NCBI GenBank assembly: GCA_963749075.1
Contig: CAVVLJ010000021.1
Span: 352,001-416,000 of the forward strand
Direction of reading: 5' to 3'
Length of the DNA: 64,000 nucleotides
DNA from: an uncultured Pseudomonadota bacterium
GTDB taxonomy: Bacteria; Pseudomonadota; Alphaproteobacteria; JACZXZ01
The notes beneath the pieces were generated by a model. The model did no database searches. It had not been told where the DNA came from and saw nothing but the letters and a program-made list of their open reading frames with translations. The translations under genes and the position numbers were made by a program. Positions within the stretch are counted from its first letter, which is position 1. The number at the start of each line of letters is the position of its first letter. Positions 1-9,826 of this stretch are shown here, piece after piece.

Positions 1-999
1 GTAGCCGGGCGCCGAGCCCGTATGGCCGTAGAGCATGACGCCGGCATAGCGGAAGCGCTCGATGCCGAGCCCGTAGCCGCTGCCGGGGACGCTGTCCGCG
101 CCGTCGGTGCCGACGAAGCTCAGCATCTCGCCGAGCCGCGCCTCAGACAGCACGCGTCCGCCGAGGAGCGCCCTCGCCCAGGCCATGAGGTCGGGCGCGT
201 TCGACACCAGCGCCCCGTCGTCGCCGCCGAGCTCCGCGGGCTCGGCCGTGGCATCCTCGAGGCCGCCGCTGTCCGCCAGATCCGAATAGCCGTGCGCGAG
301 GGCGCCCGCCGGCACCGCCTCCTCCTCCGCGAACCAGGTCCGCGTCAGGCCGAGGGGGGCGAGAAAGCGCTGGCGCATCTCCGCGAGCGGCGAATGGCCG
401 AGCACCGCGGCGAGCGCCATGCGCAGGAGGAGGTAGTTGGTGTTGGAGTAGTCGAAGCGCTTGCCGGGCGTGAAGTCGAGCCGCTCGGGATGGGCAAAGG
501 CGAGGAGCTCGCGCGGCGTCCAGCGCTTCTCCGGCTGGGCGCGCGCCGCCGCGATGAAGGCGTCGGTGATATAGTCGTCGTAGCCCGAGGTGTGGTCGAG
601 GAGCTGGCGCAGGCTCACGCGCCCGGCATTGGGCACGTCGGGGAGGAAGCGGGCGAGCTTGTCGTCGAGCGCCAGCTTGCCCTCGTCGGCGAGCGTCAGC
701 GTGAGGGCGGCAAGGAAGCTCTTGGCGATGCTGGCCGCCTTGAAGTCGCTCTCCGGCCGCATTGCTACGTGCGCGGCCATCTCGGCGAGCCCGGCGGCGG
801 CGATCGCCGGCGCCTCGTCCTTATAGCCGACGGCGATCACGATGCCGCTCACGTCGTCCTCGGCCACGGCCTGGCGCGCGAGCTCGGCGAGCCGCGGGGC
901 GAGATCGTCGGCAGCCGCACTCGCCCGGCCTTGGAGCCCAAGGACGAGGAGCAGCCCCGCTGCCAGAGAGCGCGCGAACAGTTGAGCCAAGCGGGGCAC
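1..999 (-). CDS. Serine hydrolase, beta-lactamase/class C-like family; exported; 3' end runs off the window
   Basis: Manual minus-strand translation from GTG at 999 (not in ORF track): MPRLAQLFARSLAAGLLLVLG signal peptide, SxxK motif (AASIAKSF), LLDHTSG, YSNTNYLLL. Confidence 0.85.
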   Translation of the reverse strand, partial: MPRLAQLFARSLAAGLLLVLGLQGRASAAADDLAPRLAELARQAVAEDDVSGIVIAVGYKDEAPAIAAAGLAEMAAHVAMRPESDFKAASIAKSFLAALTLTLADEGKLALDDKLARFLPDVPNAGRVSLRQLLDHTSGYDDYITDAFIAAARAQPEKRWTPRELLAFAHPERLDFTPGKRFDYSNTNYLLLRMALAAVLGHSPLAEMRQRFLAPLGLTRTWFAEEEAVPAGALAHGYSDLADSGGLEDATAEPAELGGDDGALVSNAPDLMAWARALLGGRVLSEARLGEMLSFVGTDGADSVPGSGYGLGIERFRYAGVMLYGHTGSAPGY

Positions 1000-1231
1000 C
1001 TCGAGCGCGCCTGTCTCAAGGAAAGGCGCTGCGATATCATAGGGGAGTGCCGCAGGACTTGCCATGACCGCGCGCGGCCCCGGCGCTCTCCGGCGCTGCG
1101 CGCATTGCATGCGCAGCATGGCAATGTGCACTAAACGTGAACTCCGTCCTGGACCGTCCCTCAGGATTCGGCTAGAGTCGGGGCCGTCTCCCAAGATGCG
1201 CAATGACGCGATTCCGCGCGTCTATTAGCAT

Positions 1232-2402
1232 GTGTTCTGCCACGTGACGGAGATCGAAGGGACCATGCCGGGCGAGCGCGACGCGAAGGCACTCACGCAA
1301 GACTCCGTTCTTGCTCCTGGTGCCGCCGTGCGCCGCCGGGAGCCGAGCTACGCCATGGCCGGCGTGCGCTCGGCCACGCTCGACGACGCCCAGTTCGCGG
1401 AGACGAAGGACGGCTACGAGCGGGCGGAGATGTTCCAGCTGGCCTTGCGCGCGACGCTGCGCGAGACCGAGATTTCGCTCATCGACGGCAGCCGCGGCAA
1501 CGACGCCTTCAGGGTCGGCTACTACCGCCGGATCGCGGGTCTGCTCAGGACGAGAACGGTGAGCGGCACCGTCCTCCTGAGGGACAAGCAGGACCTCGCG
1601 GCGGAACTCTGCCGCGCCTGCTGGGCCTTGTACGACGTCGAGCGCTTCGAGGTGGCCAAGCTCAAGCTGGCGAACTACCGCAAGTCGGACGGCATCTGGG
1701 CCACGCTGATCAGGCGGGCGTCCGGCCGGCCCCTCCTGATGATCGGCGTGCCGGAAAGAACGCGGGAAATCCTCCCTCTCGCGGCCGATTACCAGACCTT
1801 CCTCAAGAAGCTGGGCAAGTTCACGCGGCGCAACGTGCGCAAGGCGCGCGAGCGCGCCCAAGCCTCGGCAATCCGCTTCGCGCCCGTGAGCGGGCATCTG
1901 CCGGGCCGGGTGCTCGAGGAGATCATGGCACTCTGCCGGCACAACGGCCCGCGGGTCGTGCCCGAGAACGAGATCCGCGAGTGGGAGCGCAGAACTCTCT
2001 CGGCAGAACAACCACTTCTACTCCATTCTGACGGCCGCAGACGGGGAGATATTCAGCATTTGCCGCGGCTTTATCTGGGGCAAGAGCGCCATCATCCCCT
2101 ATCAGCTCAACCACCGCGGGCATTACGACAAGAACCCCTCCCTGCTGCATCGCGCCTTTCTTGCCGAGTGGCTGATGGAGCGAGGCGTGCGCGAGATGAT
2201 CTTTCCGCACGGCTGCGCGGGGCTGCTCAAGAACGTCTGCGCTCCCGATCTCGCCTCGTCGGTCGTGGTCTTCCCCTTGACCGTCACGGGTTTCGTCAAG
2301 GCGCTCGTCTCCTTGTTCGCGCGCGGGGGGGCCTTGCTGGGATTTATCGGCACGCTGTTGCCCGGGCGGCTGCGCAAGCGGCTCGGGATGCACGAGTTGT
2401 GA
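1232..2402 (+). CDS. GNAT-family (CelD/BcsL-like, Acetyltransf_6) protein, frameshifted near 1995-2001
   Basis: N-part ...YQTFLKKLGKFTRRNVRKARER... continues in another frame as QNNHFYSILTAADGEIFSICRGFIWG...YQLNHRGHYDKNPSLLHRAFLAEWLMERG to stop at 2402; start may be 1265. Confidence 0.6.
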
Positions 2403-2472
2403 GGGACGCGCACCCGACGCCATGAGCCGCGAGCGGGCGGCGGGAACGCATCACGAGGGAGAGTTGCCGACC

Positions 2473-3642
2473 ATGCAGCCTTGGACCGAGATGGAGCTCG
2501 TTCCTGCAGCGCGCTTTCCGGACCGCCTCGACGCGCTGAGCCGGGAGGGCCGGCCGGCGGTGGTGACCGGGCTCCTCGACGGGCAGCCGTCTTCCGCGCT
2601 GCTCTCGCGCGAGAAGGTGCGCGAGCTTCTCGGCTCGGCGCCCATGACCATGGGGCGCAATTACCTCGATTTCAGGCGCCACGAGATCCTCGATTTCCTC
2701 TCCGGCAGGAAGCGCCCGCTCGAGTCGGAGGAGACCACCCTCGCCGCCTATCTCGATCTCGCCGAGCGGGCGCCCGAGGCGCGCCGGTTCTATGCCGAAG
2801 GGCCGGTGCCGGTGAGCTTCCTCGCCTTGATGGATCTGCGCTCGATCGGTCTCACGCGTCTCATCGGGGGCTACGTCGAGCGCACCGAGCCGCGGCGGCG
2901 CGACACGGCCTATACCCAGATTTTCGCGGGCAACGCCGGCAACGCCGCCGACCTGCACACCGATTGGGACGGCCACGACGTGCTGCTCTACCAGGGCTTC
3001 GGGCACAAGCACGTGACCCTCTTCCCGCCGGCGGCCGCCCCGCACTTCCACTCCATCGGCTGGTTCAGCACCGTACGGCTGTCCGACATGCCGCAGCCGG
3101 CGCGGCGCGACTTCGTGCGCTATGCCGGCGGGGTCGAGCACATGCTCCAGCCGGGCGAGGCCGTCTTCATGCCGGCCTTCTGCTGGCACCATCTCGAGTA
3201 TGTCGATCTCGCCATCTCCATCGCCATCCGCTTCTACGGCATCCAGGACGCGGACGTGCTGTTCCCGATCGACCGCATGCACAAGGACCTCTATCTGCAG
3301 AACCTGATGGCCGCCTCGCTCGACCCGGCCAAGGCGGCGGCGGTGCGCGCCGCGATGCTCGAGATCAGGGCGGCGTTCGAGCGCTCCTACCCAAGCGCGC
3401 GCGTGAAGTACCGGGCCATGCGCGCCTTGGCCCGGGAGAAGTGCCTGGCGCTCGGGCTGTTCGACGGCGCCTTCGCGCGCGAGACCTGGCTCGAGTTCGA
3501 GGATCTGCTCGACGGCATCGAATGCACGCCCTATCAGGAGCTGATCGGCGGCTCCCCCTTGAGGCGCTGGTGGTGGCATACGCGGGAGCGGGCGCGCAGC
3601 CTCGTGCGGCGCTCGGCCAACCGCGTGGCCAATTGGGCCTGA
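2473..3642 (+). CDS. JmjC/cupin-like (Cupin_8) Fe(II)/2-oxoglutarate oxygenase, copy 1
   Basis: HxD...H triad (LHTDWD ... WHHLEY), QGFGHKHVTLFPP, LQPGEAVFMPAFCWH; start could be 2422. Confidence 0.8.
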   Translation: MQPWTEMELVPAARFPDRLDALSREGRPAVVTGLLDGQPSSALLSREKVRELLGSAPMTMGRNYLDFRRHEILDFLSGRKRPLESEETTLAAYLDLAERAPEARRFYAEGPVPVSFLALMDLRSIGLTRLIGGYVERTEPRRRDTAYTQIFAGNAGNAADLHTDWDGHDVLLYQGFGHKHVTLFPPAAAPHFHSIGWFSTVRLSDMPQPARRDFVRYAGGVEHMLQPGEAVFMPAFCWHHLEYVDLAISIAIRFYGIQDADVLFPIDRMHKDLYLQNLMAASLDPAKAAAVRAAMLEIRAAFERSYPSARVKYRAMRALAREKCLALGLFDGAFARETWLEFEDLLDGIECTPYQELIGGSPLRRWWWHTRERARSLVRRSANRVANWA

Positions 3643-3668
3643 GCGTCCTCCGCCCGGCCGCCGCCGTC

Positions 3669-3709
3669 GATAACCAAGTCTTTACGCTTGGATAACCAAA
3701 TTTTTACGC
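3669..3709. promoter_or_regulatory. 19-bp direct repeat pair, probable transcription-factor site
   Basis: GATAACCAAGTCTTTACGC (3669-3687) and GATAACCAAATTTTTACGC (3691-3709), 22-bp period, AT-rich patch upstream of JmjC copy 2. Confidence 0.5.
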
Positions 3710-3840
3710 CTGCCCATTAACATGCGCGGAAGCCGAGGTGCGGCGGTGCCGAGACGGCCCCGGGAGGGACCGGGAGCCGCCATCCATCGAGCGGCCGCCG
3801 CGCGCCGGCAAAACCGGTCTCCTATGGGGTGGGCCTTGTC

Positions 3841-5100
3841 ATGACTGCCGATCAATTGTTCATGGACTACCGGACCGCGCCGCGGTCCGGGGCGAAGCGC
3901 GATGCGCGCCGCGGCGAGAGGTCCGCGTCGCCGCCGGCGGCGATCCCGATACTCTCCGCCAAGCGCTTTGCCGAGATGCGCGAGGAGCTCGTCATGCGCG
4001 GCCAAGCCGCGGTGGTGACCGGGCTCTTCGACGGACAGCCGGTCGCCGCCCTTGCCTCGCTCGACAAGACGCGCGCGCTCATCGGCGCGGCGCCCGTGCT
4101 GATGAGCCGCAACTACGCCGATGCGAAGCTCGACCACATCGTCAAATTCACCCAGGGCCGCAAGCCGAAGGCCGCCATCCCGCGAGAGCCGACCAGCCTT
4201 GGCGCCTATCTCGACCTGGCGCTGCGCGAGCCCGGCACGCGATGGATCGTCGCCGAGCAGCCGGTGCCGGATGCCGTTCTGGCCATGGCCGATCTCCGCT
4301 CGCTCGGCATCGGACGGATCGCCGGCGGCTATGCCGATTGCAGCGCCGCCCACGCGCGGGACCAGGCCCAGGCCCTCCTCTTCGTCGCCAATGCCGGCAA
4401 CGCGTCCGACGTGCACTGCGATTGGGACAGCCGGGACGTGCTGCTCTATCAGGGCTTCGGGCGCAAGCGGGTCACCGTCTTCCCCGCGGCGGCGGCACCC
4501 CTCCTCTACCCCTACGACGTCTACGGCACGCTCAAGCTGAGCGCCATGCCGGAGCCGGTGCGGCGCGCGCTGCTGCTGCGGGCCGGCGGCGTCGAGCATA
4601 TCCTCGAGCCCGGCGAGACGATGTTCATGCCTGCTTTCGTCTGGCATCACATCGAGTACCTGGACCTGGCACTCTCGGTGAGCTTCCGCTTCGCCGGCAT
4701 CGAGGACGAGGACGCACTCTTCCTCGTGCACCATCTTCACCGCGACCACTATGTGCAGAACCTGCTGGCCGCCTCGCGCGATCCGCAGAAGGCCGCTGCC
4801 TGCCGCACCGCGATCCTCGACATCCGCGAGGCCTTCGAAGAGCCCTACGCGAGCGCCCGGGCCAAATACAGGGTGCTCAGGGCGCGCGTCCGGGCGCGCT
4901 GCGAGGCGCTCGGCCTCATCTATCAGCGCTATCCCCGGCAATCCTGGATCGAGTTCGACGAGCTGATCGACGGCATGCAGTGCAGCTCCTACCATACTCT
5001 CCCGGCAGGCTCGCCGCTCAAGCGCTGGTTCTGGCACAGCCGCGAGCGCGTGCGCAGCCTGACCCGCCGCCTCGCCAATCGGGTGGCTTACTGGGCGTGA
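3841..5100 (+). CDS. JmjC/cupin-like (Cupin_8) oxygenase, copy 2
   Basis: VHCDWD ... QGFGRKRVTVFP ... LEPGETMFMPAFVWHHIEY; collinear paralog of 2473-3642. Confidence 0.8.
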   Translation: MTADQLFMDYRTAPRSGAKRDARRGERSASPPAAIPILSAKRFAEMREELVMRGQAAVVTGLFDGQPVAALASLDKTRALIGAAPVLMSRNYADAKLDHIVKFTQGRKPKAAIPREPTSLGAYLDLALREPGTRWIVAEQPVPDAVLAMADLRSLGIGRIAGGYADCSAAHARDQAQALLFVANAGNASDVHCDWDSRDVLLYQGFGRKRVTVFPAAAAPLLYPYDVYGTLKLSAMPEPVRRALLLRAGGVEHILEPGETMFMPAFVWHHIEYLDLALSVSFRFAGIEDEDALFLVHHLHRDHYVQNLLAASRDPQKAAACRTAILDIREAFEEPYASARAKYRVLRARVRARCEALGLIYQRYPRQSWIEFDELIDGMQCSSYHTLPAGSPLKRWFWHSRERVRSLTRRLANRVAYWA

Positions 5101-5216
5101 CGATGCCGCTCGCGCGTCTCGCCCGGCGTCGCGGGTTGACGCCGGCGAATCCGCGCTGCTATGAGTCGATTCCATCGGCGCTGCGGCGGCACCGTGAGGC
5201 GGGCCGAGAGACTAAC

Positions 5217-6041
5217 ATGCGTCAATTCATCATTGCTTCGATAACGCTTGCGGTCTTGATGCTTGCGGCCGGGACGCCGCCGCTCCGGGCGGACGAGGTC
5301 GCGTGCAAGCCGAGCGGCCACCACCCCTCGACGACCGGCGTGGTCCTGCTGCACGGCGCCTTGGATCCGTCGAACCTGATCATGCCGCTGCGCAACAAGA
5401 TGGCAGCTGCCGGCTTCCGCGTGGCGATGCCCGAGATGCCGTGGTCGGAAACCCGCGAATACAATCGCACCTACCAGCAGGCGATGGACGAGATCACCGC
5501 CGCCGCGGCGCCGCTCAGGCAGAAGGGCGCCGCGCGCATCGTGGTGGGCGGCTTCAGCTACGGCTCCAATGCGGCCGTCGGCTACGCGGCGCTGCGCGGC
5601 GGCGTGGCCGGCGTGATGGTGATCTCGCCCGGCCTCTTGCCGGACGACCCGGGCTTTTTCAAGATCATCGAGCCCGGCGTCGCCAAGGCGCGCCAAATGG
5701 TGGAGGCCGGCCTGGGCGACAAGTTCGACATCTTCAAGGACGTGGCCCAATGGCACGGCTCGACCGCGGGCGCCTATACCACGGCGAAGAACTATCTCAG
5801 CTACTTCGATCCCATGGGCGACGCGGTCATCCCCAAGAACATCATGCGCGTGGGGCCTGGCATCCCGCTGCTCTGGATCATCGGCAAGGACGACCCGGAG
5901 TCCATGGCGCTCGGCCGCGCTTACGCCTTCGACAAGGCGAAGCCGAACCCGCTCAGCCGCTATCTCGTGGTGCCCGGCGGCCACATCAATACGCCGGCCA
6001 CGGGCGCCAACGCCGTGGTCGCGTGGCTCAAATGCCTCTGA
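5217..6041 (+). CDS. Exported alpha/beta hydrolase (esterase-like)
   Basis: Signal peptide MRQFIIASITLAVLMLAA, VVLLHG, nucleophile elbow GFSYG, GKDDP, C-terminal GGH. Confidence 0.8.
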   Translation: MRQFIIASITLAVLMLAAGTPPLRADEVACKPSGHHPSTTGVVLLHGALDPSNLIMPLRNKMAAAGFRVAMPEMPWSETREYNRTYQQAMDEITAAAAPLRQKGAARIVVGGFSYGSNAAVGYAALRGGVAGVMVISPGLLPDDPGFFKIIEPGVAKARQMVEAGLGDKFDIFKDVAQWHGSTAGAYTTAKNYLSYFDPMGDAVIPKNIMRVGPGIPLLWIIGKDDPESMALGRAYAFDKAKPNPLSRYLVVPGGHINTPATGANAVVAWLKCL

Positions 6042-6125
6042 CGGCGGCGGGCGCGGCCGTCCTCCGCCCGCGCCGCCACGAAGAGGCCGGCCGCTTGACC
6101 AGCATCGCATCGAGGTGACGGAGCC

Positions 6126-6536
6126 ATGGCTGAGAGCCTTCCAACGGACGGCAAGGTCGACTTCCTGATCTGCAACCAGGTCAGACACGACTCCGACGAG
6201 ACGCTGTCCCTCTCCCAGCTGTCGCTTCTCGGTTACTTTGCCGGAGCGGAGATCAGCGTAGACCGCGCGGCGAAATTTCCCGTCAACTTTCCCCTCGGCG
6301 TGCTGTTCGTCCTGAAGGACGGCGAGGGATCCTACGCCGCCGAATTCAGGGTCGTGAACCCCGGCGGCGTACAGATCGTCACCCACCCGCTCCCCACGAT
6401 CGTCAAGGAGCCGAACAAGCACCACACGATCTTCCTCAACGCGGACAGCTTTGTCGCGGAGCTGCCGGGACGTTACACCGCGGTGCTCACCTTGGGCGGC
6501 CGCACCTACATCAGGCATTTCGCCGTCAGGCAATAG
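6126..6536 (+). CDS. Hypothetical beta-rich protein (DUF6941-like)
   Basis: GGAG RBS; FLICNQVR...LSLLGYF pattern and C-terminal PGRYTAVLTLGG; host-like codon usage. Confidence 0.55.
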   Translation: MAESLPTDGKVDFLICNQVRHDSDETLSLSQLSLLGYFAGAEISVDRAAKFPVNFPLGVLFVLKDGEGSYAAEFRVVNPGGVQIVTHPLPTIVKEPNKHHTIFLNADSFVAELPGRYTAVLTLGGRTYIRHFAVRQ

Positions 6537-6566
6537 AGGCGGACGGCTTGCGCGCTCGGCACCCGC

Positions 6567-7739
6567 TCAGCCGGCGCCGGGCCGCTGGGGAGCCGCCATC
6601 CCGAGAGCCCTCTTGATCTCCCGCCGCCAGGCGGGCGGCACGAGCCCGGTCAGCCGGCGCCGCGCCGCCCTGGCCGCGGCGACGGACTTGCGCCACAGAA
6701 CATAGGCGGCGCCGAGCGGCGAGTTGGCGATCTCGCAGCTCACCGCCTCGCCGTCGCGGTTGGTCCAGGTGCGCTTATAGGGGTGGCTGCCCATGCGGAA
6801 GTCGACGGCGAGGCCCTGCTCGAACGCCCATTTCAGGCAATATTCCAGGAGCACCTGGCCGGGCGAGTATTTGTTGTAGGCAACGTCGAAGGCGCCGACC
6901 TGCCCCTCCATGCGCACCTTGTCGACGCCGCAGATCTGGCTGGCGATGAGGCGGCCGTCGAGCTTCATCGCCATGACGGCGAAGGCGCCCGCGGGCGCTC
7001 CGCGGGAGAGCATGGCGGCGAGGAAATTCTCCATCTCCCGCGAGGCGAGCCATGAGACCCGCTCCTTGAGGCGCACCAGCCAGTCGCGCTTCTGGCTGAC
7101 CGTCCATCTGAGGATTTCCTCACGCGCGGCGCCGTCCGTCACCACCTCGAAGGTGAGCTTGCCGAGCTCGCCCAGGCGCCGGCGCTTGCGCGCGAGCTCG
7201 CTGCGGAAGTCGCGGCTGAGCGAGCGCATGTAGCTCTCCCAATCGCGGTATCCTTCGGGGGAGAGCCAGGGCGAGGGTTCCGAGCGGAGGGTCGAGGGCG
7301 CGCGCGTCGCGGCAAGCGCGCGGTAGAGCCGGGACTCGGTGCGGATGTTGGGGAGGGCGATGACATCCGCGCGCGAGCTCTCGCGGAGCCGGCGCCAGGC
7401 CGCCTCCACGCGGCGCTCGGCGTCCGGGCCGTCCTCGACGAGGACGTCGCTGTATTCCGTCGTCTCCCAGCCGATCTGGGCGGCAAAGGAGCAGAGCGCG
7501 CGCCGCTCGAGCGCGAGCGGCCAGACCAGCACGATGCGGCCCGCTCGGCGCATCACCAGGCAATGGAGCCGCCGCCCGCGAGGTGCCGCCAGGATTTCCC
7601 ACGCGGCGCTGCACCAGGGAAAGCTTTGCGAGAGGCGATAGCCGCTCGCGCGCGTCAGAAGCGCATTCCAATCCTCTTCCAGAGCGGCGAAGGCCCGCGC
7701 GTCGCGCACGATCTCGAAGGACTCGGACTGGGAAGCCAT
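6567..7739 (-). CDS. GNAT family CelD/BcsL-like acetyltransferase
   Basis: LEEDWNALL, QSFPW, TEYSDVLV, YMRSLSRDFRSELARKRRRL, YNKYSPGQVLL, DFRMGSHPYKRTW. Confidence 0.85.
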   Translation of the reverse strand: MASQSESFEIVRDARAFAALEEDWNALLTRASGYRLSQSFPWCSAAWEILAAPRGRRLHCLVMRRAGRIVLVWPLALERRALCSFAAQIGWETTEYSDVLVEDGPDAERRVEAAWRRLRESSRADVIALPNIRTESRLYRALAATRAPSTLRSEPSPWLSPEGYRDWESYMRSLSRDFRSELARKRRRLGELGKLTFEVVTDGAAREEILRWTVSQKRDWLVRLKERVSWLASREMENFLAAMLSRGAPAGAFAVMAMKLDGRLIASQICGVDKVRMEGQVGAFDVAYNKYSPGQVLLEYCLKWAFEQGLAVDFRMGSHPYKRTWTNRDGEAVSCEIANSPLGAAYVLWRKSVAAARAARRRLTGLVPPAWRREIKRALGMAAPQRPGAG

Positions 7740-7761
7740 GTGAGCCTGGTCTTTCCGCCGC

Positions 7762-8154
7762 TCATTTCTCGAGGTGCGCCATGTCGTCGTCGCTCAGGCC
7801 GAAATAATGGCCGATCTCGTGGATGAGCACGTGGCGCACGAGCTCGAAGAGGTCCTCGCCGGTCTCGCACCAATAGTCGAGGATGGGGCGGCGGTAGAGG
7901 AAGATCATGTCGGGGCCGCGCGGCGGGTAGGCGACGCTCTTGTGGGCAAGCGAGATGCCGCGGTAAAGGCCGAGGATGTCGTACGGGCTCTCGAGCTGCA
8001 TCGCCTTCTCGGTCTCCTCGTCCGGGAACTCGTCGACGCGGATGACGACGTTGCGCACGTGGCGCCTGAGCTTCGCCGGCACGCTCTCGAGCGCCTTGCG
8101 CCCGATCGCCTCGAGATCGTCGAGGCTGGGCGGCGTCGTGAAGGCGGCGCTCAT
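7762..8154 (-). CDS. Zincin_1 (DUF1025) minimal metallopeptidase
   Basis: ILGLYRG, PDMIFLYRRPILDYW, HEIGHYFGLSDDDM. Confidence 0.9.
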   Translation of the reverse strand: MSAAFTTPPSLDDLEAIGRKALESVPAKLRRHVRNVVIRVDEFPDEETEKAMQLESPYDILGLYRGISLAHKSVAYPPRGPDMIFLYRRPILDYWCETGEDLFELVRHVLIHEIGHYFGLSDDDMAHLEK

Positions 8155-9365
8155 GGCGACGCCTCGCTGCCTGCCGCCTCTCGTTGGCCGTCGCCCGGCC
8201 GTGCCGCGGCGAGCGCTGCCAGCAATTGCCCTGCCATGCGCGCGGCACCGTCGCGCGTGCGCACCCTCTCGGGCGGCGCCAGGAGCTTCGCCTCGAGCGT
8301 CTCGTCGGCGCGCCACAGATTGGCGCCGAGCGCGCTTGCGATCGGTGCCAGCTCGGGAGCGACCTCGAAGCCCCAGCTCGTGATCGTGGGCAGCCCGTGC
8401 TCGAGCATGGCGGCGATCGAGCCGCTCTTCCCCGCGGTATAGTGGGGGTGGGACGAGAGCCCGAAGTCGAGCTCATTGAAGAGGGCCGAAAGCTCCGCCT
8501 CGGAGCGCCTCCCGAGATTGCCGAACAGGATCTGCGGATGCCCCGCGCGCCAGGCCGCGAGAAGCGCCTCGGTATCGCGGCCCGTGCCGCCCGCCACGAG
8601 GACCGCCGCTTGCCGCCCGTGGGCGCCCGCCAGTGCTGCAAGACGGGCGAAGAGCCCGTCCGGCCGCCATTGCGGCAGGATCGTGCCGAAGATGCCGAAG
8701 AGCCAGTAATGCCGCCGGCCGTCCCTCGCCACGTCGACGCCGGCCGCGCGCAAGGCCTCGTCGAGCCACGGCCCGCCGACCGCATCCCCGACCGCGATGT
8801 TGCCGGCGAGCGGAATGGCGTGCGACCGCACGCCGATCTCCTGCAATTGCCGCACGTAGAAGAGGCAGGAGGTCGTCACCACGGCCGGCTGCAGGCGGCG
8901 CAGCAGGACCCGGATGGAGAATCTCTGAAGGGCGCCGAGGAGCGCGTTGCGCGGCGTGCGGAAAACCCCGTGTCCGACCCAGAGCTCGTGCATCATCACA
9001 TGGAGCGGCCAGCCGCGGAGGACGCGCGGCAGCCAAAAGGGCTCGGCCATGAGGATACCCTTCTCGGCAAAGGAGTAGCAGACGAATTGCAGGCTCAGCC
9101 AGTCGGGGCGAAAGCGCTCGAGCGCCTCGCGCGCGAGGCGGCTCGCGGCGCCATAGCCCATGCGGCGGGGAATGCGCCGGATGGCCGCCCCGCAGTGGGC
9201 GCTCGAGGCGCCATCGTCGACGAGGCGCTCAACGTCGGGGTCGTTCAGGCCGACGAGCAGGCATTCGACGCCCGCGAGCCGGAGCGGCGGAACGAGACGG
9301 CGGACCATGTCGCCGACGCCGTTGACGCCCGGCTCGAGGCCGCCGCAGAGAAACGCGAGCCTCAT
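8151..9365 (-). CDS. Glycosyltransferase family 4-like protein
   Basis: MRLAFLCGGLEPGVNGVGD, LQFVCYSF, MMHELW, GKSGSIAAMLEHGLP. Confidence 0.7.
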   Translation of the reverse strand: MRLAFLCGGLEPGVNGVGDMVRRLVPPLRLAGVECLLVGLNDPDVERLVDDGASSAHCGAAIRRIPRRMGYGAASRLAREALERFRPDWLSLQFVCYSFAEKGILMAEPFWLPRVLRGWPLHVMMHELWVGHGVFRTPRNALLGALQRFSIRVLLRRLQPAVVTTSCLFYVRQLQEIGVRSHAIPLAGNIAVGDAVGGPWLDEALRAAGVDVARDGRRHYWLFGIFGTILPQWRPDGLFARLAALAGAHGRQAAVLVAGGTGRDTEALLAAWRAGHPQILFGNLGRRSEAELSALFNELDFGLSSHPHYTAGKSGSIAAMLEHGLPTITSWGFEVAPELAPIASALGANLWRADETLEAKLLAPPERVRTRDGAARMAGQLLAALAAARPGDGQREAAGSEASP

Positions 9366-9526
9366 CGCGCCTGGCATCCGATGGCAGCGCAGGCGCCGCG
9401 GCCGGACGCCGCGGACGGGTGCCGCCTTAGCGCGGGCGCCATGGCGACGCCCTTGATCGCACGCGGGCGCTGGTCCACTCTCGGAGATGCGAGGAGGCTC
9501 GGGGCACAGCAAGCGGAGGGACGAAG

Positions 9527-9817
9527 ATGGTCGAGAAGCTTGGAGGAGCGGCGCGCCGCGCCGCACTCGCCCGCCTCGCCGCCTGGCGCGAAGCGGCCGG
9601 CCGCGACGCCATCACGCGGGAATTCAAGTTCGCCGATTTCAACGAGGCCTTCGCCTTCATGACCAGGGTGGCCCTCATCGCCGAAAAGATGGACCATCAC
9701 CCGGAATGGTTCAACGTCTATAACAGGGTCGAGATCACGCTCAGCACCCATGATGCGGGCGGCCTCTCCGAGCGCGACATCGAGCTCGCCGAGCGCATCG
9801 ACAGGCTCGCGGCCTGA
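9527..9817 (+). CDS. phhB: Pterin-4-alpha-carbinolamine dehydratase
   Basis: [30 protein letters not shown] signature. Confidence 0.95.
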   Translation: MVEKLGGAARRAALARLAAWREAAGRDAITREFKFADFNEAFAFMTRVALIAEKMDHHPEWFNVYNRVEITLSTHDAGGLSERDIELAERIDRLAA

Positions 9818-9826
9818 GCGCCGCCC

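Noticed and set aside
22-1134. 370-aa plus-strand ORF and the many other long overlapping ORFs in the track (e.g. 11033-13162, 44474-46972, 49404-52253, 51305-53341)
   Set aside because: Shadow or antisense ORFs of high-GC genes; the motif-bearing frames are annotated instead
3738-6041. 767-aa ORF suggesting a large fusion hydrolase
   Set aside because: The upstream part is an off-frame read of the JmjC gene; the real protein starts at the signal peptide at 5217
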